DNA of 64,000 nucleotides. Origin: a virus. The notes beneath the pieces are model-generated. The model ran no database searches. It worked only from the letters and a program-made list of their open reading frames with translations, and had not been told where the DNA came from. The translations under genes were made by a program, and so were the position numbers. The DNA lies in IMG/VR virus record IMGVR_UViG_3300045988_181101. One strand, 5' to 3'. Of the stretch, positions 1-8,328 are shown one piece after another (within the stretch, counting starts at the first letter, position 1; each line of letters begins with the position of its first letter).

Positions 1-136
1 AGAAATCGTCAACTATACTTCTTGACCATCTTGGATGGAGATTGAATTCATTTTCTATTTTACCAATCAATACTGTACGTCTTATTGTACTACCTTTTTC
101 ACTAAGAAATGATGATAGAAATTCTTTTTTATTCAT
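1..136 (-). CDS. hypothetical protein, N-terminal fragment (gene continues beyond left edge)
   Basis: ATG at 134-136 on minus strand, open to position 1 (MNKKEFLSSFLSEKGSTIRRTVLIGKIENEF...); absent from ORF track because truncated. Confidence 0.35.
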   Translation of the reverse strand, partial: MNKKEFLSSFLSEKGSTIRRTVLIGKIENEFNLHPRWSRSIVDDF

Positions 137-143
137 ATTTATT

Positions 144-422
144 CTAATTATCAAAATCTTCTTCAAATGACTTCATCTCTTTCTCAATAATCTTTTTGAA
201 TTGTTGAGCATCTTCAAATCTTTCTTGTTTGACTGCTAATTCTAAAGATCCATTTAGAAGAGCAATATATTTAAGACGTGTACGTCTATCAATTTCTGTA
301 GTTGAAAACGCTATTTGACTGTTAAATAGTGCAATATCTTTGATAAAGAAATATATTTTAAACAATATAAAACAACTCACACCAATTAAAATAATAACGA
401 TTATTAATAATATGTTTACCAT
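144..422 (-). CDS. small membrane protein, hypothetical
   Basis: ATG start; N-terminal hydrophobic helix VNILLIIVIILIGVSCFILF; abuts neighbouring ORFs. Confidence 0.5.
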   Translation of the reverse strand: MVNILLIIVIILIGVSCFILFKIYFFIKDIALFNSQIAFSTTEIDRRTRLKYIALLNGSLELAVKQERFEDAQQFKKIIEKEMKSFEEDFDN

Positions 423-604
423 TATATCTCTACTCTTATATAATTACTAAAATCACAATACAAATACTTACACCAACCTCCTAACTTGTATTTATCGTTT
501 ACATATCTACAACAAGAAGTCCATTTATCTTTACGAATGATTTCATATACAATATTTTTATGAATAAAAATGTCTCCTTCTTTCAATTTAAATATCTCAA
601 TCAT
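422..604 (-). CDS. hypothetical protein
   Basis: ATG start, ATGA-type overlap with upstream ORF; no recognisable motif. Confidence 0.45.
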   Translation of the reverse strand: MIEIFKLKEGDIFIHKNIVYEIIRKDKWTSCCRYVNDKYKLGGWCKYLYCDFSNYIRVEI

Positions 605-786
605 CTAAATGTATAATTAATCAAATCGCTTATCCAAGTTAGAAATTGAATTGCCATAAAAAATATTACTACACTAAGAATAGCAATTATACTGTACCAA
701 AACTTAACCCAAATCTCTCTATATTTTGCTTTCAAGACTTTCTTACCAAAACGTCCATGAATAAAGTTTTCAATTTTCGTCATCAT
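601..786 (-). CDS. small membrane protein, hypothetical (start trimmed)
   Basis: Track ORF 601..873 overlaps the 3' end of 791..1357. Tandem ATGs at 781-786 lie just after that gene's stop. C-terminal TM segment YSIIAILSVVIFFMAIQFL. Confidence 0.4.
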   Translation of the reverse strand: MMTKIENFIHGRFGKKVLKAKYREIWVKFWYSIIAILSVVIFFMAIQFLTWISDLINYTFR

Positions 787-790
787 AGCA

Positions 791-1357
791 TTATTTTCTT
801 TTGCGTTGATCATTAATTTTATTTTCTCCCCAAAGTTTCCATACTCTATGTACATTAGTATAAGAACAACCAATGATCTTACTAATCTTATAATGTGACC
901 AAGTAGGATGATCTTTCATCATTTGAAGAATATTTCTTGATTGTTCACCTTTAGGTGCATCAATAGTAGTTTTATAGACTGTCTTATTCTTTTTCTTAGA
1001 TGAAAGTTTTACAAGTGAAATAATGTTTAAGAATCGATCTACACTTGCAACAATAAATCCAAATTCATTAGCATTTATTGATTTAAATGCTTTGTCTAAA
1101 GCTTCTTTATCTTTGTAATGCAATTCGAATTCACCATTATTCTTCTGTAGAATAGAAGTAGGATTTTCATTGAGAAACGATTCAAGAGCTTCTTTATTAG
1201 TAGAAAGATTCTTCAGGTCTTCAAGATCCTTTCTCTCACACTCTTTTTCTTCAACGAGCTTTATAAGCTCATCTTTCTTGTATTGCTTAACATTCTTAAT
1301 GCCAAGTTCACTTGCTCTCTTTCTTAAAACTTCTACTGTTACATTCATCTTTTCCAT
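791..1357 (-). CDS. DNA-binding protein with N-terminal HeH/Rho_N-like motif and C-terminal HTH
   Basis: N-terminus VEVLRKRASELGIKNVKQYKKDELIKLV matches the Rho_N/SAP-like helix-extension-helix pattern; C-terminus ISKIIGCSYTNVHRVW is HTH-like; paralogue at 35170..35706. Confidence 0.6.
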   Translation of the reverse strand: MEKMNVTVEVLRKRASELGIKNVKQYKKDELIKLVEEKECERKDLEDLKNLSTNKEALESFLNENPTSILQKNNGEFELHYKDKEALDKAFKSINANEFGFIVASVDRFLNIISLVKLSSKKKNKTVYKTTIDAPKGEQSRNILQMMKDHPTWSHYKISKIIGCSYTNVHRVWKLWGENKINDQRKRK

Positions 1358-1393
1358 AATTAGTTCGTTTTTAATTATTTTTCTTTCAATGCT

Positions 1394-1424
1394 TAAAGAT
1401 ACTATTTTGTTATGTCCTATGCAA
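1394..1424 (-). promoter_or_regulatory. candidate promoter (TTG-N20-TATCTTTA)
   Basis: Minus strand GTTG-N20-TATCTTTAAG; the -7-like box ends 36 nt upstream of ATG 1357. Confidence 0.45.
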
Positions 1425-1447
1425 CACTTTTCGAAGAATAATCTTAA

Positions 1448-1765
1448 TTATTTATTAGGTGTTGCAGTACAATTACCACAACCAACTATTTCACTATAGT
1501 CTCCTTTGATAACACGTATCATAGCTTCGAAAATATAACGTACTTCGTTATAATCAGAAAAACCAAATTGAATGTATTTACAACGAAATATTTTAGCTTT
1601 CGTATTCTTTATATAGCCCAAATAATAACCATTTAAATTACCCATATTTGAAGCTCTATCTATAATAACTTCGAAATTATTACCTTCGTGTTCTACAATA
1701 GCATACCAAGAATCATTTTCATACTTAGTTCTTGCTTTTTCAAATCTATGACTTATTATTTTCAT
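1448..1765 (-). CDS. hypothetical protein
   Basis: ATG-initiated ORF in the co-oriented gene array. Confidence 0.5.
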   Translation of the reverse strand: MKIISHRFEKARTKYENDSWYAIVEHEGNNFEVIIDRASNMGNLNGYYLGYIKNTKAKIFRCKYIQFGFSDYNEVRYIFEAMIRVIKGDYSEIVGCGNCTATPNK

Positions 1766-1770
1766 AACTG

Positions 1771-2091
1771 TTATTTTGTAAGATACTTCATATCTTTATC
1801 ATTATGGTACCAATCTGTTTCTATAGGATACTTAGGATCAAACCTATATACTAAAGTTAAATTAGTTCCTTTGTTACTAAGAGGACTTTCAGAAGTTGAT
1901 TTTGTAATATTGTCAACTTCTACAGAATGAAGATTGATATTGCGTCCATATAATTCAAGTTTAGAAACTAAATTAATGATATCTTCAATCTTGCGACATG
2001 TATATTCACAGACTCTTATCCCATCTTGAAATTTTGTAATTTGAGAGATTTTCTTTTCTGCATCAAATAACTTTTTTGACATAGTTTTCAT
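1771..2091 (-). CDS. hypothetical protein
   Basis: ATG-initiated ORF in the co-oriented gene array. Confidence 0.5.
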   Translation of the reverse strand: MKTMSKKLFDAEKKISQITKFQDGIRVCEYTCRKIEDIINLVSKLELYGRNINLHSVEVDNITKSTSESPLSNKGTNLTLVYRFDPKYPIETDWYHNDKDMKYLTK

Positions 2092-2117
2092 TCGTTTATT
2101 AATAGATGAATAATATT

Positions 2118-2390
2118 TTAAATAGCTAATTTAGTCTTTGCTTTCAAATCATATTTATCCCAGATTTCCTCAGCGTGAGATTTAACACAATCTACAACAG
2201 TTCTATGGTCTGTTAAATTCATATTAAGGACTTTATTACCTTCCTCACAATACAATATTAAAGTAGTACCATTAATAGTACCAATTTGTTCTCCTTGAAA
2301 ATAGATTGCTGAAATAACTCCACTTCCTGCAACTCGTTCAAGTCTACGAGGTTTATAGACTATTTTAGATGTGAATTTAATCTTTTTCAT
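2118..2390 (-). CDS. hypothetical protein
   Basis: ATG-initiated ORF, 4-nt overlap with upstream ORF. Confidence 0.5.
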   Translation of the reverse strand: MKKIKFTSKIVYKPRRLERVAGSGVISAIYFQGEQIGTINGTTLILYCEEGNKVLNMNLTDHRTVVDCVKSHAEEIWDKYDLKAKTKLAI

Positions 2391-2632
2391 AGCTTCTCAA
2401 GTATATTAAGAATTTCTTTTTGTTTGGTCTTACTAAGTTTACTCCAACTCAAATCTACTTTGAAATTATCTGAAACTAACGATACCGTAGCAGGACCATT
2501 TTTTATAGGATTGTAGAGTATCTTATCTGCCTCGAGTGTATTAGTAGGAAGGTTAATAAGACCAACAGCAATACCTTTTCTCATTCTCTTTTCTACTTCG
2601 ATTAGAATTGGTGTAATTTCTTTTGATGTCAT
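2387..2632 (-). CDS. hypothetical protein
   Basis: ATG-initiated ORF. Confidence 0.5.
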   Translation of the reverse strand: MTSKEITPILIEVEKRMRKGIAVGLINLPTNTLEADKILYNPIKNGPATVSLVSDNFKVDLSWSKLSKTKQKEILNILEKL

Positions 2633-2653
2633 AATTCTATCATCTTTTTATAA

Positions 2654-2893
2654 TTAAAATTCTACAAAGATCAGTCTTTTCTTCCTACCTGCCTCGCACA
2701 CCCACATGTGATTTGAGCCAAAACCGTAATCGAAATAAGTATTGAAATCAGGATATTTTTCCTGTATATTCTTCATATTTCTACGAAGTTCAATTTCATC
2801 AGTGCTTCTCATAATTACATTAAGAATTACAACATAAGTTATAGTAGCAAGATTGTCCATGTTTAAAAATTCTGATTCGACTATTGTTTTCAT
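2654..2893 (-). CDS. hypothetical protein
   Basis: ATG-initiated ORF preceded by promoter-like motif. Confidence 0.5.
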   Translation of the reverse strand: MKTIVESEFLNMDNLATITYVVILNVIMRSTDEIELRRNMKNIQEKYPDFNTYFDYGFGSNHMWVCEAGRKKRLIFVEF

Positions 2894-2932
2894 ATCTTTA
2901 TTGTTTTAGTTATCGTTCCTTTTTCTTATGCC

Positions 2933-2963
2933 TAAAGATACGCCTTCTTTATGGACCACGCAA
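2933..2963 (-). promoter_or_regulatory. candidate promoter (TTG-N20-TATCTTTA)
   Basis: Minus strand GTTG-N20-GTATCTTTAGG, 39 nt upstream of ATG 2893; the leader resembles the one upstream of ligA. Confidence 0.5.
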
Positions 2964-3009
2964 CAGATACCATGTTTTTATCTCCATTATTAAGACTTAT
3001 TAATAAAAT

Positions 3010-3058
3010 AGCCAGCAAACTCAGTCCTTATGCTAAAAAGACTGTAAGTTTGCTGGCT
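3010..3058 (-). terminator. rho-independent terminator candidate
   Basis: Perfect 12-bp arms agccagcaaact/agtttgctggct, extended by an inner cagtc/gactg pairing. On the minus strand it is followed by AUUUUAUUA. It lies downstream of the stop at 3134. Confidence 0.6.
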
Positions 3059-3133
3059 CAGCATGAAAGAAAACTAAAACAATAAATCGAACAATTAAAG
3101 AACGCCCTTTCTTAAAGATTAGAGAACGATTCG

Positions 3134-3376
3134 TTACTCAATACATTCTTCCACTGGAACATTATTGATAGACTTCATTGTCCATTTACCATCTTGAACA
3201 ATCCATTCTGTAGAGGTGATCTTTCGACCTGCAACGAGTTCTTCATCTAATCCTCTTTTTAACCATGTATGAGATTCAACTCTTGTTGTCCATTTTATAC
3301 CATCAGTAAAAAGTTCGACACGTGGAAGTTGCATTTCATTGACTCTTTTAAACTCTTCAAACGCTTTATTTGTCAT
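3134..3376 (-). CDS. hypothetical protein (start trimmed)
   Basis: The track ORF begins at a GTG (3445). The first ATG (MTNKAFEEF) is at 3374-3376 and overlaps the stop of the upstream small ORF. Confidence 0.5.
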   Translation of the reverse strand: MTNKAFEEFKRVNEMQLPRVELFTDGIKWTTRVESHTWLKRGLDEELVAGRKITSTEWIVQDGKWTMKSINNVPVEECIE

Positions 3377-3545
3377 TTTCCTTATAATTAAAAAATTTAT
3401 CACATGGACAATAATCTTCATCTTCTCTAAATGGACAACTATCACATGAAGGACAATCGTCTATTGAATTTGCCTTGAATACAGAGAAGATGATTGTCAT
3501 ATATAATACTATTATTATTAGACCTACAATTATAATTGCTACCAT
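3366..3545 (-). CDS. small membrane-anchored Cys-rich protein (59 aa, below ORF-track cutoff)
   Basis: Hand translation: MVAIIIVGLIIIVLYMTIIFSVFKANSIDDCPSCDSCPFREDEDYCPCDKFFNYKENDK; ATG at 3543-3545. Confidence 0.4.
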   Translation of the reverse strand: MVAIIIVGLIIIVLYMTIIFSVFKANSIDDCPSCDSCPFREDEDYCPCDKFFNYKENDK

Positions 3546-3643
3546 AATATACTTTTTATTAAATTAAAAATAGGAACAATATTATCTTCACAGACACTTG
3601 TTCCTTTCAACTACTTAATGTATGAATGTTAAACAAGTCTTTG

Positions 3644-3719
3644 TACTCGAAGCGGGACTTGAACCCGCACAGCCGCAATGGCCAAAGGATTTTAAGTCCT
3701 TCGTGTCTACCATTCGAGC
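3644..3719 (-). tRNA. tRNA-Leu(UAA)-like gene with abnormally short D-arm region (possible pseudo-tRNA)
   Basis: Minus strand has acceptor GCTCGAA/TTCGAGT (G1-U72 wobble) and anticodon arm AAGGA-CTTAAAA-TCCTT. It also has a long variable arm (GCC-ATTGC-GGC) and T-arm GCGGG-TTCAAGT-CCCGC. Only 11 nt (TGGTAGACACG) lie between the acceptor and anticodon stems. Confidence 0.55.
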
Positions 3720-3724
3720 ATTTG

Positions 3725-3795
3725 TTGGACTAAGAGGATTCGAACCTCTACAAACAGAACCAAAACCTGTTGTGCTACCATTACACCATAATCCA
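3725..3795 (-). tRNA. tRNA-Gln(UUG)
   Basis: Hand-folded 71-nt cloverleaf on the minus strand: acceptor TGGATTA/TAGTCCA (U1-A72), D-arm GTGT-AATGGTA-GCAC, anticodon arm ACAGG-TTTTGGT-TCTGT, T-arm AGAGG-TTCGAAT-CCTCT. No CCA is encoded. Confidence 0.8.
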
Positions 3796-4089
3796 ATAAT
3801 TCATAGACCTTCAAAAGCGACCTCCACTTATATTTCAATTCTTACTCTCGGTCAATTCCACGAATCAAGAATAGAAGGTCAATGAATATTTAAGAGAGAA
3901 CATGATCAAATGCATAAAGTATAACAAATAAAAGACGAACCTTTCACGTCACGACTACAAATGTAGAAGGGCTTTTGGTAAATAATCAAAATAATAATCA
4001 ATGTCCTCTTTTTTGTCAACTACCTTAGACTTGGCTACGTTTATAAAGGTATACGGCTCCTCTTTAAATAGAGAATAAAGAATAGGTTT

Positions 4090-4227
4090 TTATTTCTTTT
4101 TCAATATAGATAATCTTTCTAATAGAGAAGTCTTGAATCGACCTTCGTTTTCATGATTACACACATTTAAACATTGTGAATAAACTCTCTTCAAATACTT
4201 TCTTTTCTGTCTTTCTACGTTCGTCAT
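4090..4227 (-). CDS. small basic protein (45 aa, below ORF-track cutoff)
   Basis: Hand translation: MTNVERQKRKYLKRVYSQCLNVCNHENEGRFKTSLLERLSILKKK; AGGAG 9 nt upstream of the ATG; promoter-like motif 37 nt upstream. Confidence 0.35.
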   Translation of the reverse strand: MTNVERQKRKYLKRVYSQCLNVCNHENEGRFKTSLLERLSILKKK

Positions 4228-4252
4228 TTTTAAATTCTCCTTTCTGTTGTTA

Positions 4253-4825
4253 TTAATTATTGTCTAAAGATACTAACTTATCTATCGTTTCAGCAAGTTG
4301 TTCTATCACATCACTATTTAAATTTGAGTCGCTCAACGACTTTAATATTAATGCTTCTTTCATTCCCTTGTAGGCGATGTAGCATTTACTTTCGTTTATA
4401 ATAGGAGTAGGATTGTTGGTTAATCTTTCTATCTCTCGTTCAAGCTCGTTAAGTTTCTCAGCCTGTTTGTCGATTACATAATTAAGTTCATCAATCTTCT
4501 TGTCCTTTGCGCTTAATTCTATGATAAGTCTATTACATTCATTTTCATCTTCTTTCTCTTCAATAGGTTTACTCACTTGCATCTTATTAGCATTCATTTC
4601 TTTAAATTCTTGTAGTATCTTTTCTTTTTCTTCGTTTGATACTCGACCTTTACCTTTATTCCTTTCAATTAGTGAACAATTAGTTAACTTCACTTGAACC
4701 TTCTTATCCTCTAAAGTGTTAATTAGTGCATTACCGTCTTTAAATGATATTACTGTTCCACCATTTAAGTTTCCTTCATGATCCTTGTATTTAACAAGAC
4801 TTCCTACTTTAATACTTTGTGCCAT
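4253..4825 (-). CDS. hypothetical protein: N-terminal SH3/KOW-like segment plus coiled coil, overlapping the sigma-factor gene
   Basis: ATG start; 17-nt overlap with 4809..5312; central heptad-rich region (KKIDELNYVIDKQAEKLNELEREIERL). Confidence 0.5.
   Translation of the reverse strand: MAQSIKVGSLVKYKDHEGNLNGGTVISFKDGNALINTLEDKKVQVKLTNCSLIERNKGKGRVSNEEKEKILQEFKEMNANKMQVSKPIEEKEDENECNRLIIELSAKDKKIDELNYVIDKQAEKLNELEREIERLTNNPTPIINESKCYIAYKGMKEALILKSLSDSNLNSDVIEQLAETIDKLVSLDNN
4265..4296 (-). promoter_or_regulatory. candidate promoter (TTG-N21-TATCTTTA)
   Basis: Minus strand CTTG-N21-GTATCTTTAGAC inside the 3' end of 4253..4825. Confidence 0.35.
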
Positions 4826-5312
4826 ACTCTTTTATAATTTTCTTTCTTATGTGATGTATTTTACTCTTTACTGTTCCTAAAGATATTTCAAGTATCTGTG
4901 CTATCTCTTCGTAGAGGTATCCATTATAATAACCTAAGAAACACCTCTTGTCTACAATTGGTACATTAATACTATCTATTATCTTTATTAGGTCTTCATA
5001 TTCTCCTGTCCAAAACCTCTCTTTACTTTCACATCTATCCTTGATGAACTCTTTATCTTCTTCATCGTACTTTTGGTCCTGTCTATTTGATTCCTGTCTA
5101 TACTTATTGAGGAACAAATTTCGTATAATAGTCGCAATCCATTTTTCACAATCTTTCTCGTTACCACTAAACTGATTGTATTTGCTCAACGCATTTAGAA
5201 CAGCTTCTTGTGCGATATCTTGTGCTTCTTCTATATTACAAGTCAACTTTAGTGCATAACAATAGAAGAACTTGTACTTCTTTTGGACTACTTCTTGTAT
5301 TATTTCTTTCAT
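4809..5312 (-). CDS. ECF-type (sigma-70 family) RNA polymerase sigma factor
   Basis: Region 2-like AQDIAQEAVLNALSKYNQF...WIATIIRNLFLNKYR; region 4 HTH YLYEEIAQILEISLGTVKSKIHHIRKKI. Confidence 0.8.
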   Translation of the reverse strand: MKEIIQEVVQKKYKFFYCYALKLTCNIEEAQDIAQEAVLNALSKYNQFSGNEKDCEKWIATIIRNLFLNKYRQESNRQDQKYDEEDKEFIKDRCESKERFWTGEYEDLIKIIDSINVPIVDKRCFLGYYNGYLYEEIAQILEISLGTVKSKIHHIRKKIIKEYGTKY

Positions 5313-5500
5313 TCCATTGAATTAAGCATTTTCTGATATCTTTCTATTCTATTAGAACATATTCTAATATTATGTTCTATTAAAAATATAGGTCCTTCAA
5401 AACTCAACCATTGGTCTATTTGTTTTCTTGTTTTGTCTATAAGAGACATTAACTCTTCTTTTGTCATCGTTTCCATAATTTGTAGTCTTTTTTCTTTCAT
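5309..5500 (-). CDS. hypothetical protein
   Basis: ATG at 5498-5500, 4-nt overlap with the sigma gene; GACCTTTAGG motif 4 nt upstream of the ATG. Confidence 0.45.
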   Translation of the reverse strand: MKEKRLQIMETMTKEELMSLIDKTRKQIDQWLSFEGPIFLIEHNIRICSNRIERYQKMLNSME

Positions 5501-5760
5501 GTCCTAAAGGTCTACTTTATTATTCAATTAGACAACATCTTGACCACAATTATTGTCCTTTTTGGTACACTTTATTTTCCATTTTTCTTGATACATTTAT
5601 AAGATCAATTAAAGGTCGATACATGCGTTATATATAATTTTCGCTGCACTAAAACACAAGTTTTGTTGTCCATTTTAATATTGACATTTTTCTTTATTTT
5701 AAGATTGGAGATTGACAATCATCACGACTCCCAATCTCCCATGTTAGCGCATATATGACA

Positions 5761-6858
5761 TTAATTTCTCAGTGCTTTTAGTCTTTGTAAGACTTTATTT
5801 TTCATATCTTGTTCTTCTATTACTACAGCGTCTTCAATGTCTGAACTCATTTCATTTAGGAATTTCTTATTCTCTTCTTTTATTTCTTCCCAGTTATATT
5901 GTTTGATTAGGTCACCAGGTAGCATTATCTTTTCACTTCCTAATATATTCTTATTGAAGCCGTTAAAGTCTTTATACCAAGATTTTGCAAGTTGATTTAT
6001 CATTATATCAGGTTTAATTCCTGCTTTTGCAGACACGAGTCCAATTACTATACTATTGATAGGTAAATCACGCATTACTCTACTTATGTTTTCTCCTCCA
6101 TGAATAGTTGCATTGATATCTATTTTTCCATCTACAGTAAGTTTTAACTCATTGCCTTTCACTTCTTTACGTGCTTGTTCAAGAAGACTTCTTACTTCTC
6201 GAGACATTGTCAATGCTTTTGTTTCAAGTCCTCTACTTATGTAGTCTTCGTACTTTAGTAGAAGGTCTGTAAGCATATCGTTTATAATCTCAAGTCGTCC
6301 TGCTTCTGTCGATACTCTATATTTGTCTGATTTTAAGGCGAATTTAGCTTGTCTCTGTTCTATTAATGTCTTGTTTTCATTATAGAATTTTGCAAGATCT
6401 GCATCATCTAAATCGTATCCTTCACGTTGTTTTATTGTCTTTTTTACGTCCTTTACCGAATACATAGATCCAAAAAGGTCGAGTAACATTGGTGTAAGTT
6501 TAGCAAGTGCTTTTGATTTATTATTGTATAAATCAAACGTATTCAGGTATTTATTACGTGCTCTATTGTATTCACCAAGTAGAGGCATGAGTACTTTTGC
6601 TCTAATTTCTTGTGCATCTTTAATTGAATCTTCTGATGCTCCTCTATTCTTCATTACTCCTTTGGCATTCACGTATTTAAGATCGATTGAATGTAGTACA
6701 CCATTTCTTCCTTCATACGTTAGAAATCTATCAGGACATTCATCAATCTTTCTTCGTGCCCTTTCATATTCTATATATATGTCTTGCATATATTTTGATG
6801 CTATTTGAACAAAGTCAGGAGCGTCTTTTAATATATCTTCTCTTGTTACGTTACTCAT
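5761..6858 (-). CDS. hypothetical protein (365 aa)
   Basis: Long ATG-initiated ORF, no motif recognised by eye. Confidence 0.6.
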   Translation of the reverse strand: MSNVTREDILKDAPDFVQIASKYMQDIYIEYERARRKIDECPDRFLTYEGRNGVLHSIDLKYVNAKGVMKNRGASEDSIKDAQEIRAKVLMPLLGEYNRARNKYLNTFDLYNNKSKALAKLTPMLLDLFGSMYSVKDVKKTIKQREGYDLDDADLAKFYNENKTLIEQRQAKFALKSDKYRVSTEAGRLEIINDMLTDLLLKYEDYISRGLETKALTMSREVRSLLEQARKEVKGNELKLTVDGKIDINATIHGGENISRVMRDLPINSIVIGLVSAKAGIKPDIMINQLAKSWYKDFNGFNKNILGSEKIMLPGDLIKQYNWEEIKEENKKFLNEMSSDIEDAVVIEEQDMKNKVLQRLKALRN

Positions 6859-6928
6859 ATTGGGACTAATTTTTAATTTATGCGCAAAATTACAGTAAAA
6901 AGTTCAATCACGCAATGAGATACTTATT

Positions 6929-7069
6929 TTAGTACCAAATATCACTTAAAATAGGAGTTTCTTCATCTTCAAGTAGACCTAATTCTTGTTGAAGTTTAAC
7001 TGTATTTAGATTTATACTGACATCAATAATATCAATACCAAAATTTTCAATTAATTCTATATCGTTCAT
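6929..7069 (-). CDS. small acidic protein (46 aa, below ORF-track cutoff)
   Basis: Hand translation: MNDIELIENFGIDIIDVSINLNTVKLQQELGLLEDEETPILSDIWY; fills an otherwise empty gap. Confidence 0.3.
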   Translation of the reverse strand: MNDIELIENFGIDIIDVSINLNTVKLQQELGLLEDEETPILSDIWY

Positions 7070-7082
7070 ATCATTTCATTTG

Positions 7083-7367
7083 TTAAAGTATTTTTGCATA
7101 ATCTTCAATAGGATACAATACGTACCAAAAAGTATCTTCTTTATTAAACTCAACAAGTATCTCTTCTTTACCTCTATAAACTGAACATTGTTCTTTCCAA
7201 CCAAAACTTGAATCAAGTGGACGAACTATTATAGAATTAAGATATAAATTATATCCAACTATCTCAGCCTCGACATCAAACTTAAAGAGAAATACCTTTT
7301 TCTTTAAATTCTTTTTTACAAATTCAATTAGCGTTTTCATAATGTCTATAAATTGATTCTCGTGCAT
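7083..7367 (-). CDS. hypothetical protein
   Basis: ATG-initiated ORF. Confidence 0.45.
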   Translation of the reverse strand: MHENQFIDIMKTLIEFVKKNLKKKVFLFKFDVEAEIVGYNLYLNSIIVRPLDSSFGWKEQCSVYRGKEEILVEFNKEDTFWYVLYPIEDYAKIL

Positions 7368-7662
7368 GTCTCATATCTTCATCTCTTAATGGCACCAAAC
7401 TCAAACATCTTACTTGATTTAAATATAAGTTTGATGAATTATATTTTACATTTTGTGTTGAATAAACTTCAACTTCTGCTAAGTAGAATGTGATATCTTT
7501 ATCAATATAAGGTTCAAAATTATAAGCAAATACACTCATCAAATGTTGTTGATCTCTTTCATCTCTATATTCAAGTCTAAAATTGCATATATATTCACCA
7601 TTCTCTTTATAAGTTTTGGTTACTTGTCTCTTGTGAATATTCGCTATTACTTTCTGTACCAT
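7324..7662 (-). CDS. hypothetical protein
   Basis: ATG-initiated ORF; overlaps both neighbours. Confidence 0.45.
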   Translation of the reverse strand: MVQKVIANIHKRQVTKTYKENGEYICNFRLEYRDERDQQHLMSVFAYNFEPYIDKDITFYLAEVEVYSTQNVKYNSSNLYLNQVRCLSLVPLRDEDMRHARESIYRHYENAN

Positions 7663-7792
7663 AATTATTGTTATTAAATGATCTTACTTCAATACAAGCA
7701 CTTTTATCTTGATATGGACAATTTTGTTGATAAATACAACTTTCACATACTTTAGAGAAACTCTTGTTTATATCTTTTATTGTTCTTGGCAT
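7607..7792 (-). CDS. small Cys-rich protein, hypothetical
   Basis: ATG start; CESCIYQQNCPYQDKSAC. Confidence 0.4.
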   Translation of the reverse strand: MPRTIKDINKSFSKVCESCIYQQNCPYQDKSACIEVRSFNNNNYGTESNSEYSQETSNQNL

Positions 7793-7894
7793 ATTGATCG
7801 TTTTTATTCGTTTTATAAAGAGGAACTGTCTTAATTGCAGGAATTAATAAATAGGTATGGTTTAACTTTTGTTTAACAATTAAAAACAGTTCCT

Positions 7895-8044
7895 TTATTT
7901 ATATCTTTCAAAGTATTTACAACCGTTCTTTCTTGATGCTTTAATACGATGTTGTAATTTTGTACAATACATAAAGAAATTCACACATCGGTAATATTTA
8001 CATATACTACAATGTCTATCTTCTTTTGATTTCGTATTAGTCAT
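7895..8044 (-). CDS. small Cys-rich protein (start trimmed to first ATG)
   Basis: The track start 8098 is a TTG that coincides with the -33-like element of a promoter motif. The first ATG is at 8042-8044 (MTNTKSKEDRHCSICKYYRC...). Confidence 0.4.
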   Translation of the reverse strand: MTNTKSKEDRHCSICKYYRCVNFFMYCTKLQHRIKASRKNGCKYFERYK

Positions 8045-8068
8045 ATTAGTTGTTTTCTTTTTATATTG

Positions 8069-8098
8069 TAAAGATACCAATAATTTATCTATAGTCAA
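8069..8098 (-). promoter_or_regulatory. candidate promoter (TTG-N19-TATCTTTA)
   Basis: Minus strand GTTG-N19-GTATCTTTACA, 24 nt upstream of ATG 8044. Confidence 0.45.
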
Positions 8099-8328
8099 CT
8101 TTTTAGTTCCACATTCTGCTCAAGTTTATAACCCTTTTCTTTTAGGAAGATTTTCACAACAATCCTATTCAACATCTTCTTTCCATAATGCATATAAGAA
8201 CCTACAAGATTGTTTTCAACTTCCCATTTTTTAAACGTTTCACTTTCTATGAATTTCCATAGAAGTTTGTCAAAATCTTCATTTGATAGTATCTTTTGTT
8301 CACCTTTTGGATTTGTTATGCTTACCAT
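8095..8328 (-). CDS. hypothetical protein
   Basis: ATG-initiated ORF. Confidence 0.45.
   Translation of the reverse strand: MVSITNPKGEQKILSNEDFDKLLWKFIESETFKKWEVENNLVGSYMHYGKKMLNRIVVKIFLKEKGYKLEQNVELKS

Noticed and set aside
601-873. 90-aa version of the small membrane-protein ORF
   Set aside because: Its first 29 codons overlap the 3' end of 791..1357. Tandem ATGs immediately after that gene's stop give a more plausible 61-aa product.
3622-3885. 87-aa plus-strand ORF
   Set aside because: It covers the two tRNA genes on the opposite strand. Its open frame is a by-product of the tRNA sequences.
3796-4089. Possible third tRNA or other structured RNA downstream of tRNA-Gln
   Set aside because: I found no T-arm (GTTCGAATC-like) or acceptor pairing by eye. 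The region may contain a small RNA, but nothing I can support.
5705-5741. Hairpin after gene 5761..6858 as a terminator
   Set aside because: It has only 8 contiguous base pairs with a 17-nt loop and is followed by an A-rich rather than U-rich tract on the transcribed strand. This is too weak to call.
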